This document shows positions 48,341-57,904 of a stretch of DNA of 64,000 nucleotides, one piece after another (the stretch's first letter is position 1; each line of letters opens with the position of its first letter). Both the position numbers and the translations under genes were made by a program. Origin of the DNA: Candidatus Latescibacterota bacterium. Its GTDB lineage: Bacteria; Latescibacterota; UBA2968; UBA8231. Where the stretch lies: positions 2,304,001 to 2,368,000 of the forward strand of contig CBDETY010000003.1 of NCBI GenBank assembly GCA_965243025.1. Reading direction: 5' to 3'. The notes beneath the pieces were generated by a model. It did no database searches. It saw nothing but the letters and a program-made list of their open reading frames with translations, and had not been told where the DNA came from.

Positions 48341-49788
48341 TCGCCCTGCCGCTGGTCTCGGCCCCGCTCTGCGTGCTCCTGCGCCGGCGCGCCCCGGCAT
48401 GGGTGCTGTCGGCCGTGGTCAGCTGGCTGACCCTGGGGATGGCCGGCGCCCTGCTCGCCGAGGTGCTGCAGTCCGGCCCGGTCAGCTACGCCCTCGGGAG
48501 CTGGAGCGCCCCCTGGGGGATCGAGTACCGCGTCGACGCCGTCAACGCCTTCGTGCTCATGCTGGTGTCGCTGATCGGCGCCGTGGTCGTCCTCGGGGCG
48601 CCGGCGAGCATCGCCGGGGAGCTTCCCGGGATGCGCGGCAACCTCTTCTACGCCGCCTGGCTGCTCTGCCTGTCGGGCCAGCTCGGCATCGTCGCCACCG
48701 GCGACGCCTTCAACGTCTTCGTCTTCCTCGAGATCTCCTCGCTGTCGTCGTACGCCCTGGTCGGTATGGGGCCGGACCGCCGCGCCCTGTCCGCCTCGTT
48801 CCGCTACCTCGTCATGGGCACCATCGGGGGGACCTTCTTCGTCACCGGGGTCGGCCTCCTCTACATGATGACGGGCACCCTCAACATGGCCGACATGGCC
48901 GGGCGCCTGCCGGCGGTGATGGACACCCGCACGGTGCTGGCGGCCTTCGCCTTCCTCAGCATCGGCCTGGGGCTCAAGCTGGCGCTGTTCCCCATGCACC
49001 TGTGGCTGCCGGACGCGTACGCGTACGCCCCCTCGGCCGTCACCCCGTTCCTCGCGGCCACCGCGACCAAGGTCGCCGTGTACGTTTACCTGCGCTTCTT
49101 CTTCACCATCTTCGGCGGCGACTACGCCTTCGCCAGCCTCAACCTCGACTACCTGCTCGTTCCCCTTGCCCTCGCCGGGGTCTTCGCCGGCTCGCTGGCC
49201 GCCCTGTTCCAGCACGACGTCAAGCGCATGCTCGCCTACTCCAGCGTCGCCCAGGTCGGGTACATGATGCTGGGGATCGGGCTGTTCTCGGTCACCGGGC
49301 TCACCGCCACCCTCGTGCACCTGTTCAACCACGCCCTGATGAAGGGGGCTCTGTTCCTGGCAATGGGATGCGTCGCCTTGCGGATCGGATCGGTCGAGTT
49401 GGAGGACCTGCGCGGCCTCGGCAAGCGGATGCCGCTGACCGCGGCCGCCTTCGTCGCCGGGGGGCTGAGCCTGATCGGGGTGCCCCTGACCGCGGGCTTC
49501 ATCAGCAAGTGGTACCTGGTGCTGGCGGCGCTGGAGCGCGGCATGTGGCCGGTCGCCGCGCTCGTGCTGGCCGGCTCCCTGATCGCCGTCGCCTACGTCT
49601 GGCGGGTGGTCGAGGCCGCCTACTTCCGCGAACCGGAAGGTGAGGCCGTCACCGGGGAGGCGCCGCTGTCGATGCAGATCCCGATGTGGATCCTGGTCGC
49701 CGCCAACTTCTACTTCGGGCTGGCGACGGAGACGACGGCCGGGATCGCCGGGCAGGCAGCCCGGCTGCTGATGGGGACCGCCCCGTGA
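48313..49788 (+). CDS. mnhD: Na+/H+ antiporter subunit D (copy 1)
   Basis: FVFLEI, HLWLPDAY, KRMLAYSS, GFISKW. Confidence 0.9.
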   Translation: MLGHLPILLIALPLVSAPLCVLLRRRAPAWVLSAVVSWLTLGMAGALLAEVLQSGPVSYALGSWSAPWGIEYRVDAVNAFVLMLVSLIGAVVVLGAPASIAGELPGMRGNLFYAAWLLCLSGQLGIVATGDAFNVFVFLEISSLSSYALVGMGPDRRALSASFRYLVMGTIGGTFFVTGVGLLYMMTGTLNMADMAGRLPAVMDTRTVLAAFAFLSIGLGLKLALFPMHLWLPDAYAYAPSAVTPFLAATATKVAVYVYLRFFFTIFGGDYAFASLNLDYLLVPLALAGVFAGSLAALFQHDVKRMLAYSSVAQVGYMMLGIGLFSVTGLTATLVHLFNHALMKGALFLAMGCVALRIGSVELEDLRGLGKRMPLTAAAFVAGGLSLIGVPLTAGFISKWYLVLAALERGMWPVAALVLAGSLIAVAYVWRVVEAAYFREPEGEAVTGEAPLSMQIPMWILVAANFYFGLATETTAGIAGQAARLLMGTAP

Positions 49789-49870
49789 AACCCGTAGTGG
49801 TTCTGCTTGCCGTTGCGTTACCGGGCGGCTCCGGGGCCCGGGGGTCCTGGCTGCCGATTGGAGCCGCCCC

Positions 49871-51403
49871 GTGAGCCCGGCCGCCCTCATCCTGGCAGCC
49901 GTCTTCCTGCCGCTGGCCGCCTGCCCCCTGATCGCCCTCGCCGGCGGCCGCCCCAACCTGCGCGAGGCGGTGACGCTGGCCGCCGGGGTCCTGACCTTCG
50001 GCGCGGTGCTTCAGCTGCTGCCGCTGGTGACCGCGGGGGAACGGCCCGGGGCAAGCCTCATGCAGGTGCTGCCCGGCATCGAGCTCGCCTTCGAGGTCGA
50101 GCCGCTCGGCATGCTGTTCGCCATGGTCGCCTCCGGCCTGTGGATCGTCACCTCCTGCTACTCGATCGGGTACATGCGCGGCCACCGCGAGACCTCGCAG
50201 ACCCGCTTCTTCTTCTTCTTCGCCGTCGCCGTCGGCGCCGCCCTGGCCGTCGCCTTCGCGCGCAACCTGTTCACCCTGTTCCTCGCCTACGAGGTGCTGA
50301 CCTTCTCGACCTACCCGCTGGTGACCCACGCGCGCACCCCCGCCGCCCGCCGCGGCGGCCGCGTCTATCTCGGCATCCTGCTCGGCACCTCGTTCTTCTT
50401 CCTGCTGCCGGCCCTGCTGTGGACCTGGCACCTGACCGGAACCCTCGAGTTCGCCGTGGGGGGCATCCTCGAGGGAAGCAGCGGCACCGCGGTCGCGGGC
50501 CTGCTCCTGCTCTACGCCTTCGGGACCGGCAAGGCGGCGCTCATCCCCTTTCACCGCTGGCTTCCCGCGGCCATGGTCGCCCCGGCCCCGGTCAGCGCCC
50601 TGCTGCACGCGGTGGCCGTGGTCAAGGCCGGGGTCTTCACGGTGCTGAAGGTCATCCTCTACGTCTTCGGGCTCGACCTGCTGCGGGAAACCTCGGCCGG
50701 CGTCTGGCTGATGTACGCCGCCGGGGCCACGGTCCTGATCGCCTCGCTGGTGGCGATGACGAAGGACAACCTCAAGGCGCGGCTCGCGTACTCCACGGTG
50801 AGCCAGCTCTCCTACATCCTGCTCGGCGGCGCCCTCGCCAGCTCCTGGGGGATCGTCGGCGGCGGCATGCACATCGCCATGCACGCCTTCGGCAAGATCA
50901 CCCTTTTCTTCTGCGCCGGCGCCATCGACGTCGCCCTGCACAAGACCGAGATCAGCGACATGCGCGGCATCGGCAGGCAGATGCCGGTGACGATGTCCTG
51001 CTTTCTCGTCGGCGCCCTGAGCGTCATCGGCCTGCCCCCGCTGGGGGGGGCGTGGAGCAAGTGGTACCTCGCCCTGGGGGCGGTCGACGCCGGACAGCTG
51101 CTGTTCCTCGCGGTGCTGATGGTCAGCACCCTGCTCAACATCGCCTACCTGATGCCGATCCCGATCCGGGCCTTCTTTCCCCGGGAAGAACCCGCGCCGG
51201 CCGGAGAGACGCCAAGCGGCGCAGGGGCCGCTTCGAGCGGTGCAATGGCGGCAACGGGCAGCGGTTCCGGAAGCAGCGGCGGCATCCGCGAGGCCCCGGC
51301 CTTCATGCTGGCGCCGATCTGCTTCACCGCCCTGGGATGCCTCGTTCTCTTCTTCTGCGCCGGCGGCCTCTACCGGCTGCTGCTGCCGCTGGCCGGCAGG
51401 TGA
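49871..51403 (+). CDS. Na+/H+ antiporter subunit D-like (copy 2)
   Basis: FHRWLPAAMVAP, LHAVAVVKAG, RLAYSTVSQ. Confidence 0.88.
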   Translation: MSPAALILAAVFLPLAACPLIALAGGRPNLREAVTLAAGVLTFGAVLQLLPLVTAGERPGASLMQVLPGIELAFEVEPLGMLFAMVASGLWIVTSCYSIGYMRGHRETSQTRFFFFFAVAVGAALAVAFARNLFTLFLAYEVLTFSTYPLVTHARTPAARRGGRVYLGILLGTSFFFLLPALLWTWHLTGTLEFAVGGILEGSSGTAVAGLLLLYAFGTGKAALIPFHRWLPAAMVAPAPVSALLHAVAVVKAGVFTVLKVILYVFGLDLLRETSAGVWLMYAAGATVLIASLVAMTKDNLKARLAYSTVSQLSYILLGGALASSWGIVGGGMHIAMHAFGKITLFFCAGAIDVALHKTEISDMRGIGRQMPVTMSCFLVGALSVIGLPPLGGAWSKWYLALGAVDAGQLLFLAVLMVSTLLNIAYLMPIPIRAFFPREEPAPAGETPSGAGAASSGAMAATGSGSGSSGGIREAPAFMLAPICFTALGCLVLFFCAGGLYRLLLPLAGR

Positions 51404-51419
51404 CTCCGGCATCGGCGAG

Positions 51420-51776
51420 ATGGAAATGAAGCGAACGAACGACAGCGGCCGGGGCTGGATCGAAAGACCGGGAAACGCCGGCAAGCTCTATCGCCTGCTG
51501 CTGGCGGTCTGCGGCCTGCTCCTCGCACTGGACCTCCTCGATGTCCTCGGGATCTTCCACAAGCACGTCCATCACGACGCCGAGGGCTGGCTCGGCTTCT
51601 ACAGCTTCTTCGGGTTCGCCGCCTACGCCTTCATCGTCGGGGCCGGGTGGGTCTGGCGCGCCGTCGTGGGGCGCGGCCCCGACTACTACGACCAGGGTTC
51701 GTCCGGGGAGACCGGAGGCAGCGAGGTTTCCACTTCCGGTGAGGACTCATCCTCAGGTGAGGACCCGTCCCGATGA
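51420..51776 (+). CDS. Small two-TM membrane protein within the mrp operon
   Basis: Two hydrophobic helices, GFYSFFGF, R..DYYD; overlaps the next start. Confidence 0.7.
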   Translation: MEMKRTNDSGRGWIERPGNAGKLYRLLLAVCGLLLALDLLDVLGIFHKHVHHDAEGWLGFYSFFGFAAYAFIVGAGWVWRAVVGRGPDYYDQGSSGETGGSEVSTSGEDSSSGEDPSR

Positions 51777-53551
51777 GCACCCCGGTCCGCTTCCTGCTGG
51801 CCGCGGCGGCCCTGGCGCCGCTCGCGGCGGTCCCCGCCTCCGGGGGGGACCTCCCTCCCGGGGCCGTCATGATCCTCGGGGCGCCCCTGCTCGCTGTGCT
51901 GCGGGGGCGGCTGCAGCAGCTCTGGCTGCTCGCCCTGCCGGTCCTCAGCTGCGCCCACCTGTTCGCCCTCGAACCGGGATCGTCCGCACAGCTCGCCCTC
52001 TTCGACTACAGCCTCACCGCCGCCCGCGTCGACAAGCTCAGCCTCGCCTTCGGGTACATCTTCGGCATGGCCGCGGTCATCGCGGCGATCTACGCCCTCC
52101 ACCTCAGGGACAGCCTGCAGCACACCTGCGGCGCCATCTACATCGGGGCGGCCACCGGCGCCGTGTTCGCCGGGGACCTGCTCACCCTCTTCGTTTACTG
52201 GGAGCTCACCTCGGTCGCCTCGGTCTTCCTGGTCTGGGCCGGCGGCGGCGAGCGCGCCTTCCGCGCCGGCATGCGCTACCTCCTCGTCCAGGTCGGCTCC
52301 GGCGTGCTGCTGCTGGCCGGCCTTCTGGTCCGTTACGGCGCCACCGGGTCGCTCGCCTTCGACCACCTCGGCGACCCGGGGCCCGGCAACCTCGGCGGCA
52401 CCCTGATCTTCCTCGCCTTCGGCATCAAGTGCGCCTTCCCGTTGCTGCACAACTGGCTGCAGGACGCCTACCCCGAGGCCTCGGTCACCGGCACCGTCGT
52501 CCTCAGCGCCTTCACCACCAAGCTCGCGGTGTACAGCCTCGCCCGCGGCTTCGCCGGCGTCGAGATCCTGGTGCCGATCGGGACGGCGATGACGGTGTTC
52601 CCCGTCTTCTTCGCCGTCATCGAGAACGACCTGCGCCGGGTGCTGGCGTACAGCCTCAACAACCAGCTCGGGTTCATGGTCGTCGGGATCGGCATCGGCA
52701 CCGGGCTGGCCCTGAACGGGGCGGTCTCGCACGCCTTCGTCCACATCATCTACAAGGCGCTGCTGTTCATGTCCGTGGGGGCGGTGCTCTTCCGCACGGG
52801 CACGGCGAAGGCCTCGGAGCTCGGGATGCTCTACAAGTCGATGCCCTGGACCGCGTTCTTCTGCCTGATCGGGGCCGCCTCGATCTCGGCCTTTCCCCTG
52901 TTCAGCGGGTTCGTCACCAAGTCGATGACCCTGGGCGCCGCCGCACAGGAGGGCTGGACGGTCTGCTGGTTCCTGCTCCTCTTCGCCTCGGCGGGGGTGC
53001 TCCACCACTCGGGGATCAAGATCCCCTTCTACGGTTTCTTCGGCCTGCGCGACTCCGGGATCCGCTGCCGGGAAGCCCCTTTCAACATGCTGCTGGCGAT
53101 GGGAATCGCCGCCTTTCTGTGCGTCGCCATCGGCGTGTACCCGCAGCCGCTCTACGACATCCTGCCGTACGAAGTCGAGCATTTCCATGCCTACACCAAA
53201 AGCCACGTGATCACGCAGCTGCAGCTGCTCTTCTTCGCCATGCTCGCCTTCGCCTTCCTGGCGCGGCGCCACCTCGAGACGCCGGAGCTGCCGTCGGTCA
53301 ACCTCGATTTCGACTGGACCTACCGGAAGCTGCTGCCCGGAGCGGTCAGGGGGCTGGCGAAGGCCATGGTCCCGGTGCGGAACCGCCTTCGCGACAACGC
53401 CGGGACGACCGTCCTGGAGCTGACCGCCTTCCTGCAGGAGCACCACGGCCCGGCCGGCATCCTGGGACGCACCTCGCATACGAGCGCCGCGGTCCTCATC
53501 GTCGGGCTGCTGCTGGCGCTGTCGCTGATCCTCTATTTCTCGGGTTCGTAG
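51773..53551 (+). CDS. Na+/H+ antiporter subunit D-like (copy 3)
   Basis: HNWLQDAYPEA, FTTK, IENDLRRVLAYS, NLDFDW. Confidence 0.88.
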   Translation: MSTPVRFLLAAAALAPLAAVPASGGDLPPGAVMILGAPLLAVLRGRLQQLWLLALPVLSCAHLFALEPGSSAQLALFDYSLTAARVDKLSLAFGYIFGMAAVIAAIYALHLRDSLQHTCGAIYIGAATGAVFAGDLLTLFVYWELTSVASVFLVWAGGGERAFRAGMRYLLVQVGSGVLLLAGLLVRYGATGSLAFDHLGDPGPGNLGGTLIFLAFGIKCAFPLLHNWLQDAYPEASVTGTVVLSAFTTKLAVYSLARGFAGVEILVPIGTAMTVFPVFFAVIENDLRRVLAYSLNNQLGFMVVGIGIGTGLALNGAVSHAFVHIIYKALLFMSVGAVLFRTGTAKASELGMLYKSMPWTAFFCLIGAASISAFPLFSGFVTKSMTLGAAAQEGWTVCWFLLLFASAGVLHHSGIKIPFYGFFGLRDSGIRCREAPFNMLLAMGIAAFLCVAIGVYPQPLYDILPYEVEHFHAYTKSHVITQLQLLFFAMLAFAFLARRHLETPELPSVNLDFDWTYRKLLPGAVRGLAKAMVPVRNRLRDNAGTTVLELTAFLQEHHGPAGILGRTSHTSAAVLIVGLLLALSLILYFSGS

Positions 53552-53611
53552 TACCTGCTTGCGCAGTCCGCGCGAGTTTCGGCCGCCAGGGCCGGCCGCA
53601 GTCGGGACCAC

Positions 53612-54193
53612 CTATTGGCGGGACCGCAAACCGGGCGGAAGCACCTCCGGGTTGCGCTGGCGGTAGAGCTCGAGCCAGTAGAACCCGGCGACGACCAGGG
53701 CGTGGTCGATGTCGCCGCTGCGGATCAGGGTCTCGACCTCTGCCAGGTCCACCTCCTCGACGGCGATCTCCTCGGCGGCGTCGAGCCTGGGCTCCCGCTC
53801 GCGGCGCGCGCCCAGGGCGAGGAAGGTGTGCATGTGGTTGTCCTGGATCGCCGGGTTGGCCGCCACCCTGCCGATGGGGATGATCTCGCCGGCGGCGTAC
53901 CCGGTCTCCTCGAGCAGCTCGCGGCGCGCCGTTTCCCCGTGCGACTCCCCGGCGTCGACCACGCCGCCCGGGATCTCCAGGCTGACCTCCCCGGTACCGT
54001 GGCGGTACTGCCTGATGACGACCACCTTCCCCTCCGGGGTCACCGGGACGACGTTGACCCAGTCCGGCATGCCCAGGACGTAGAAGTCGTGCACGGCCCC
54101 GGTGCGCGGGGACCGGCGCCGCTCCCGGCGGAGGTTGAAGACGCGGAAATCCCCGAGGTCCTCGCTGTCGGTCGTCGGCCAGTGCCCGGTCAT
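53612..54193 (-). CDS. NUDIX hydrolase (ADP-ribose pyrophosphatase-like)
   Basis: RQYRH, EIPGG..GE...ARRELLEETG. Confidence 0.9.
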   Translation of the reverse strand: MTGHWPTTDSEDLGDFRVFNLRRERRRSPRTGAVHDFYVLGMPDWVNVVPVTPEGKVVVIRQYRHGTGEVSLEIPGGVVDAGESHGETARRELLEETGYAAGEIIPIGRVAANPAIQDNHMHTFLALGARREREPRLDAAEEIAVEEVDLAEVETLIRSGDIDHALVVAGFYWLELYRQRNPEVLPPGLRSRQ

Positions 54194-54202
54194 CGGACCG
54201 GC

Positions 54203-55621
54203 TCAGACATCGAGGGCCTCGCGCAGCTGCCTGAGCGCCGCTTCCGGGGTCGACGACACGTCGACGGCGATCGCCCCGGCAGGCATCTCGAGGGTCTCGA
54301 ACTGGCTGCGCAGCAGGCTCTGCGGCATGTAGCGGTGCACGCGCACCGCGAGGCGGGAGGCGATCACCTCTTCGGCGGCGTGCAGGTGGGCGAAGCGGAC
54401 CTCGCCGCGGCCCGCGGCTAGCAGGTCGCGGTACTGCTGCTTCAGGGCGGAGCAGGCGAGGATGCAGCTCTGGCCGCGGTCGATCCGCTCCCCGAGCATG
54501 GCGGCGAGGTGCTCGAGCCAGGGCCGCCGGTCGTCGTCGTCGAGCGGCATTCCGGAGGCCATCTTGGCGACGTTCGCCTCGGGGTGAAAGTCGTCGCCGT
54601 CGAGGAACGGCCATCCGAGCTCGGCCGCCAGCAGCTCCCCTATCGTCGTCTTGCCGCTTCCGGTGACCCCCATCAGCACGAGCGCCACCGGGGGCCCCGG
54701 CGCCTGCAGTACCCTTCGGAAAAACAGTTGCAGCACACGCTGTCCGGCGGCCGACACCGCGCACTCCACCGGGAAACCCGCTCCCTTTTCAAGGCCGAAT
54801 GTTACCCGGCCGCGCGCCTCCCCGGAGGTCTCGACGTCGATCCGGTGGACCTCGGTCTCGCAGAGAGAGCTGTCGATGGCGAAAGCGACGGCGAGCAGGT
54901 CGTGAAGGTGGATGACCGCCCTGCCATGAGTCTCTTCCATGCGCGCCATGCCGGTGCCCGCCGCGGCCTTGCAGAAAACAGCGGCCGGCTTGGGATCGGC
55001 TCCCAGCCGCCGCTGCAGGGCGGGGCGCGACAGCTCGACCTGGCGGGTGGCGTCGAGCGGAACGAGGGTCAGGCGGGCGCCTGAGCGGACGACCGCCTGC
55101 GCCGCCTCCGGGTCGGCGTAGAAGTTGAACTCCGCGCTTGCGGTGACGTTTCCCGGTTCCGCGAGAGCCCCGCCCATGACGACGATCCTTCCGGCGCGCT
55201 TCAGCAGGCCCGGCTCGCGGGCTTCGGCGAGGGCGAGATTGGTCAGGGGGGCCACCGCGATCAGGGTGATCCCGGGCTCCTCCCGCAGGCGGCCCACCAG
55301 GTAGTCGACCGCGTCTCCGGAAGCCCGTCCCATGGGTGGGGCCAGCTCGGCTTCTCCGAGACCTCCGGTCCCGTGGAAGTGCGTGGCGCGCAGGGGCCGG
55401 CGGCGCAGCGGCCTTGCCGCGCCGGCGTACACCGGGATATCGCCGCGGCCGGCCAGCTCGGCGATCCTGAGGGCGTTGGCGACCCCGGCGGACAGGGGCA
55501 CGTTGCCGCTGGCCACGGTAATCCCCCCGACCTCGAGCTCGTGAGAGGCGAGGGCGAGGAGGATGGCCATGGCGTCGTCGACTCCCGGGTCGACGTCGAG
55601 AATTACTTCTTCAGGCGGCAT
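54203..55621 (-). CDS. Fusion of nucleoside hydrolase (IU-NH) and gluconokinase (GntK/IdnK)
   Basis: DVDPGVDD, AEFNFYADP, HD; then MGVTGSGKTT, DGDDFH, PLDDDDRRPWL, CSALK, SQFETLE. Confidence 0.85.
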   Translation of the reverse strand: MPPEEVILDVDPGVDDAMAILLALASHELEVGGITVASGNVPLSAGVANALRIAELAGRGDIPVYAGAARPLRRRPLRATHFHGTGGLGEAELAPPMGRASGDAVDYLVGRLREEPGITLIAVAPLTNLALAEAREPGLLKRAGRIVVMGGALAEPGNVTASAEFNFYADPEAAQAVVRSGARLTLVPLDATRQVELSRPALQRRLGADPKPAAVFCKAAAGTGMARMEETHGRAVIHLHDLLAVAFAIDSSLCETEVHRIDVETSGEARGRVTFGLEKGAGFPVECAVSAAGQRVLQLFFRRVLQAPGPPVALVLMGVTGSGKTTIGELLAAELGWPFLDGDDFHPEANVAKMASGMPLDDDDRRPWLEHLAAMLGERIDRGQSCILACSALKQQYRDLLAAGRGEVRFAHLHAAEEVIASRLAVRVHRYMPQSLLRSQFETLEMPAGAIAVDVSSTPEAALRQLREALDV

Positions 55622-55817
55622 TGGGAAGAGGCTGTTCTGGCTTGCGCACGACCCTGGCCGCGGGCTCGAACAGCGGCAAGGGAGGGGTCATTTGGGGAAG
55701 ATTCCCGAAGTTCGGGACCGGGCGAACCAGGGGCCCGCGCTGCGACCCTGGGGGACCTGCCAATCCGCGGCGGGGCCGTCCGTCGGTCCTGCACCTGAAT
55801 CCCCGGTCCCGGGAATC

Positions 55818-57050
55818 CTATCCCCCGCCCCGGCGAGGGTCAAGCGCCCGCGCCCCCCTGCTGCGATCGAGGGTCTCGGGAACCCAGACCAGCAGGATCG
55901 CCGCCGCCGCCACCCCGACCCCGGAGACGGCGACCGGGGCCGCGGTCAGGCCGAGGAGGTCGGCTACCGGGCCGACGAAAAGGGGGCTGCCGGCGTTGCC
56001 GGCGTCGCCGATGAAGCGCCACACCCCGAGGAACTCGCCGCGGGCATTCCCGGGAGCCAGGTCGGAGCCGAGGGTAAGCATGGTGCCCGAACCGATGCCG
56101 TTGCCGAAGCCGATCAGGACCGCAACCGCGGCGAGGCCGGCGAAGCTGCCGGTCAGGGGAATCGCCGCGATCCCCACGGCCTGCACGAGAAAGCTCGGAA
56201 CCGAGGCGAACTTGCGGCCGAAGCGGTCCATCAGCAGCCCGGCCGGGTAGAACATCAGCATGTCGACGCTGTACGAGAGGCTGGTGACCACCCCGATGTC
56301 GGCGGCGCCGAGGCCGAGCTGGTCGGCGCCGTACAGGGGGATCAGCACGTTGCGGGCCGAGCGGATCAGCGACACGCAGAGGTGGGCGGCGCAGGCCGGC
56401 GCGATGGCGTGGTGCTCCCGGATCATCCGCAGCAGGATCCCCCGGCGGCCCCCACCGCGCTCCCGGCCCGGAGGCTCCGGCCCGTCCCCGGGGATCCACC
56501 GGGCCGCGGCCAGCAGCGCCAGGAAGGTGAGGCCGGCGCAGGCGAGGAAGGGGACGCGCAGGCCGAACGCCGAGGCGAGGAACCCCCCGGCGGCGGGGGT
56601 GAAGAAGGAGGTCACCCGGTTGATCCCCCCCATGAAGGCGCTGGCGCGGCCGCGGCGGTCGCTGCGGATCGCCTCGGCGAGAAAGGAGTGGCGGGAGACG
56701 TTCCACATCGCCGTTCCTATGCCGCCGGCGAACTGCACGGCCACCGCCTCGAAGACCGATTGCACCCACCACAGCGCCAGCAGCGACAGCGAGACGAGCA
56801 GGCCGCCGGCGAGCATGACCCGCTTGCGCCCGAGGCGCCGGATCAGCACCCCGACGGGGAGGTCGGCGGCGAGGTTGCCGCCGGCGCCGGCCGCCAGGAT
56901 CAGGCCGACGGTGGCGTAGGAGTCGGAAAACTCCCCGGCGAACAGGGGCAGAACCGGCAGCAGCAGGCCCCGCGCCAGGCCGTTGATGATCGTGGGGACG
57001 TAGAGGGCCAGCAGCAGCGAGCCGCGGGTCGGGGTACGGCTCCCCGTCAT
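55818..57050 (-). CDS. MFS transporter
   Basis: GLLMDRFGRK, about 12 TM helices. Confidence 0.88.
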   Translation of the reverse strand: MTGSRTPTRGSLLLALYVPTIINGLARGLLLPVLPLFAGEFSDSYATVGLILAAGAGGNLAADLPVGVLIRRLGRKRVMLAGGLLVSLSLLALWWVQSVFEAVAVQFAGGIGTAMWNVSRHSFLAEAIRSDRRGRASAFMGGINRVTSFFTPAAGGFLASAFGLRVPFLACAGLTFLALLAAARWIPGDGPEPPGRERGGGRRGILLRMIREHHAIAPACAAHLCVSLIRSARNVLIPLYGADQLGLGAADIGVVTSLSYSVDMLMFYPAGLLMDRFGRKFASVPSFLVQAVGIAAIPLTGSFAGLAAVAVLIGFGNGIGSGTMLTLGSDLAPGNARGEFLGVWRFIGDAGNAGSPLFVGPVADLLGLTAAPVAVSGVGVAAAAILLVWVPETLDRSRGARALDPRRGGG

Positions 57051-57276
57051 CGACCGCGGATCGCCTCAGACACCAGTGCGGGGCGCCGGGGCCGGTTTCC
57101 TGTCCCCCTGATAAAACCGGTCGATGCAGCCGCCTGGCCCGGCCTGCCGGCAGCCGGTGGAATCAGCCCATCCGGTCGGCCGCGCCTGCGGGGAAACTGT
57201 ATCGACCACCTGCAAAGCCCGGCGCCCTCCCCTTCCTGGAGTTCAGCCCGGGAACGGGCAGGGCCGCTGGACCGGC

Positions 57277-57669
57277 TCAAGCCATCGGCTCGCGGCGTTC
57301 GCACAGCTGCAGGGCGAGCCCCCAGGGGTCGCGCAGCATCGCCATGCGGTCCCCGGAGGCGTTCTCCGAGACCCCGCCGAGAGCGGTGGCCCCGGCCGCG
57401 GTCAGGCGCTCGTGGTCGGCGCGGGCGTCGTCGCTGGCGAAGGCGATGTGCAGCAGCAGCGGGTTCATCGACCCGTAGTCGGGGACCTCGTCCGGCAGGG
57501 CGCGGTAGATCTCGAGCATCAGGCGGCCGCTGCTGTCGGCGAGGAAACGGGTGTCGGCGGGCGGGTCTCCGGCGCGCACGACCTGCATGCCGAGGTGGCG
57601 GCAGTACCAGTCGGTCATGGCGACGGGGTCCTCTACGTTGAGAGCGAAGTGCTCGACGTGAAGTGCCAT
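57277..57669 (-). CDS. VOC/glyoxalase family protein
   Basis: EHFALNV, LHIAF, RDPWG. Confidence 0.88.
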   Translation of the reverse strand: MALHVEHFALNVEDPVAMTDWYCRHLGMQVVRAGDPPADTRFLADSSGRLMLEIYRALPDEVPDYGSMNPLLLHIAFASDDARADHERLTAAGATALGGVSENASGDRMAMLRDPWGLALQLCERREPMA

Positions 57670-57904
57670 GGAACGGCTCCTCTGAAGGGATAAGGGAAAC
57701 TCCAACAGCCCGCTGAAAAAAACCCATCCGGGATGCCTGCCTGCGGCGGGCAGGCGGCCGGCCCCGGGGGTCCCGCCTGCAAGCGCGACGCGTCAACGGG
57801 ATGACATGCGTTGTCGGTGGAATCGGCGGGCGCTACGTTCTTTTCGATCTCAGGCCGCACGCCTGCGCTGTGTCCGAAAATATAGAAAACCCGCCCCCCG
57901 CCTC

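Noticed and set aside
57706-57800. CAGCCCGCTGAAAAAAA (and GGCTGCTGAAAA at 34100) resembling IS or MITE terminal repeats
   Set aside because: No matching opposite end, target duplication or transposase; too short to support a mobile element.
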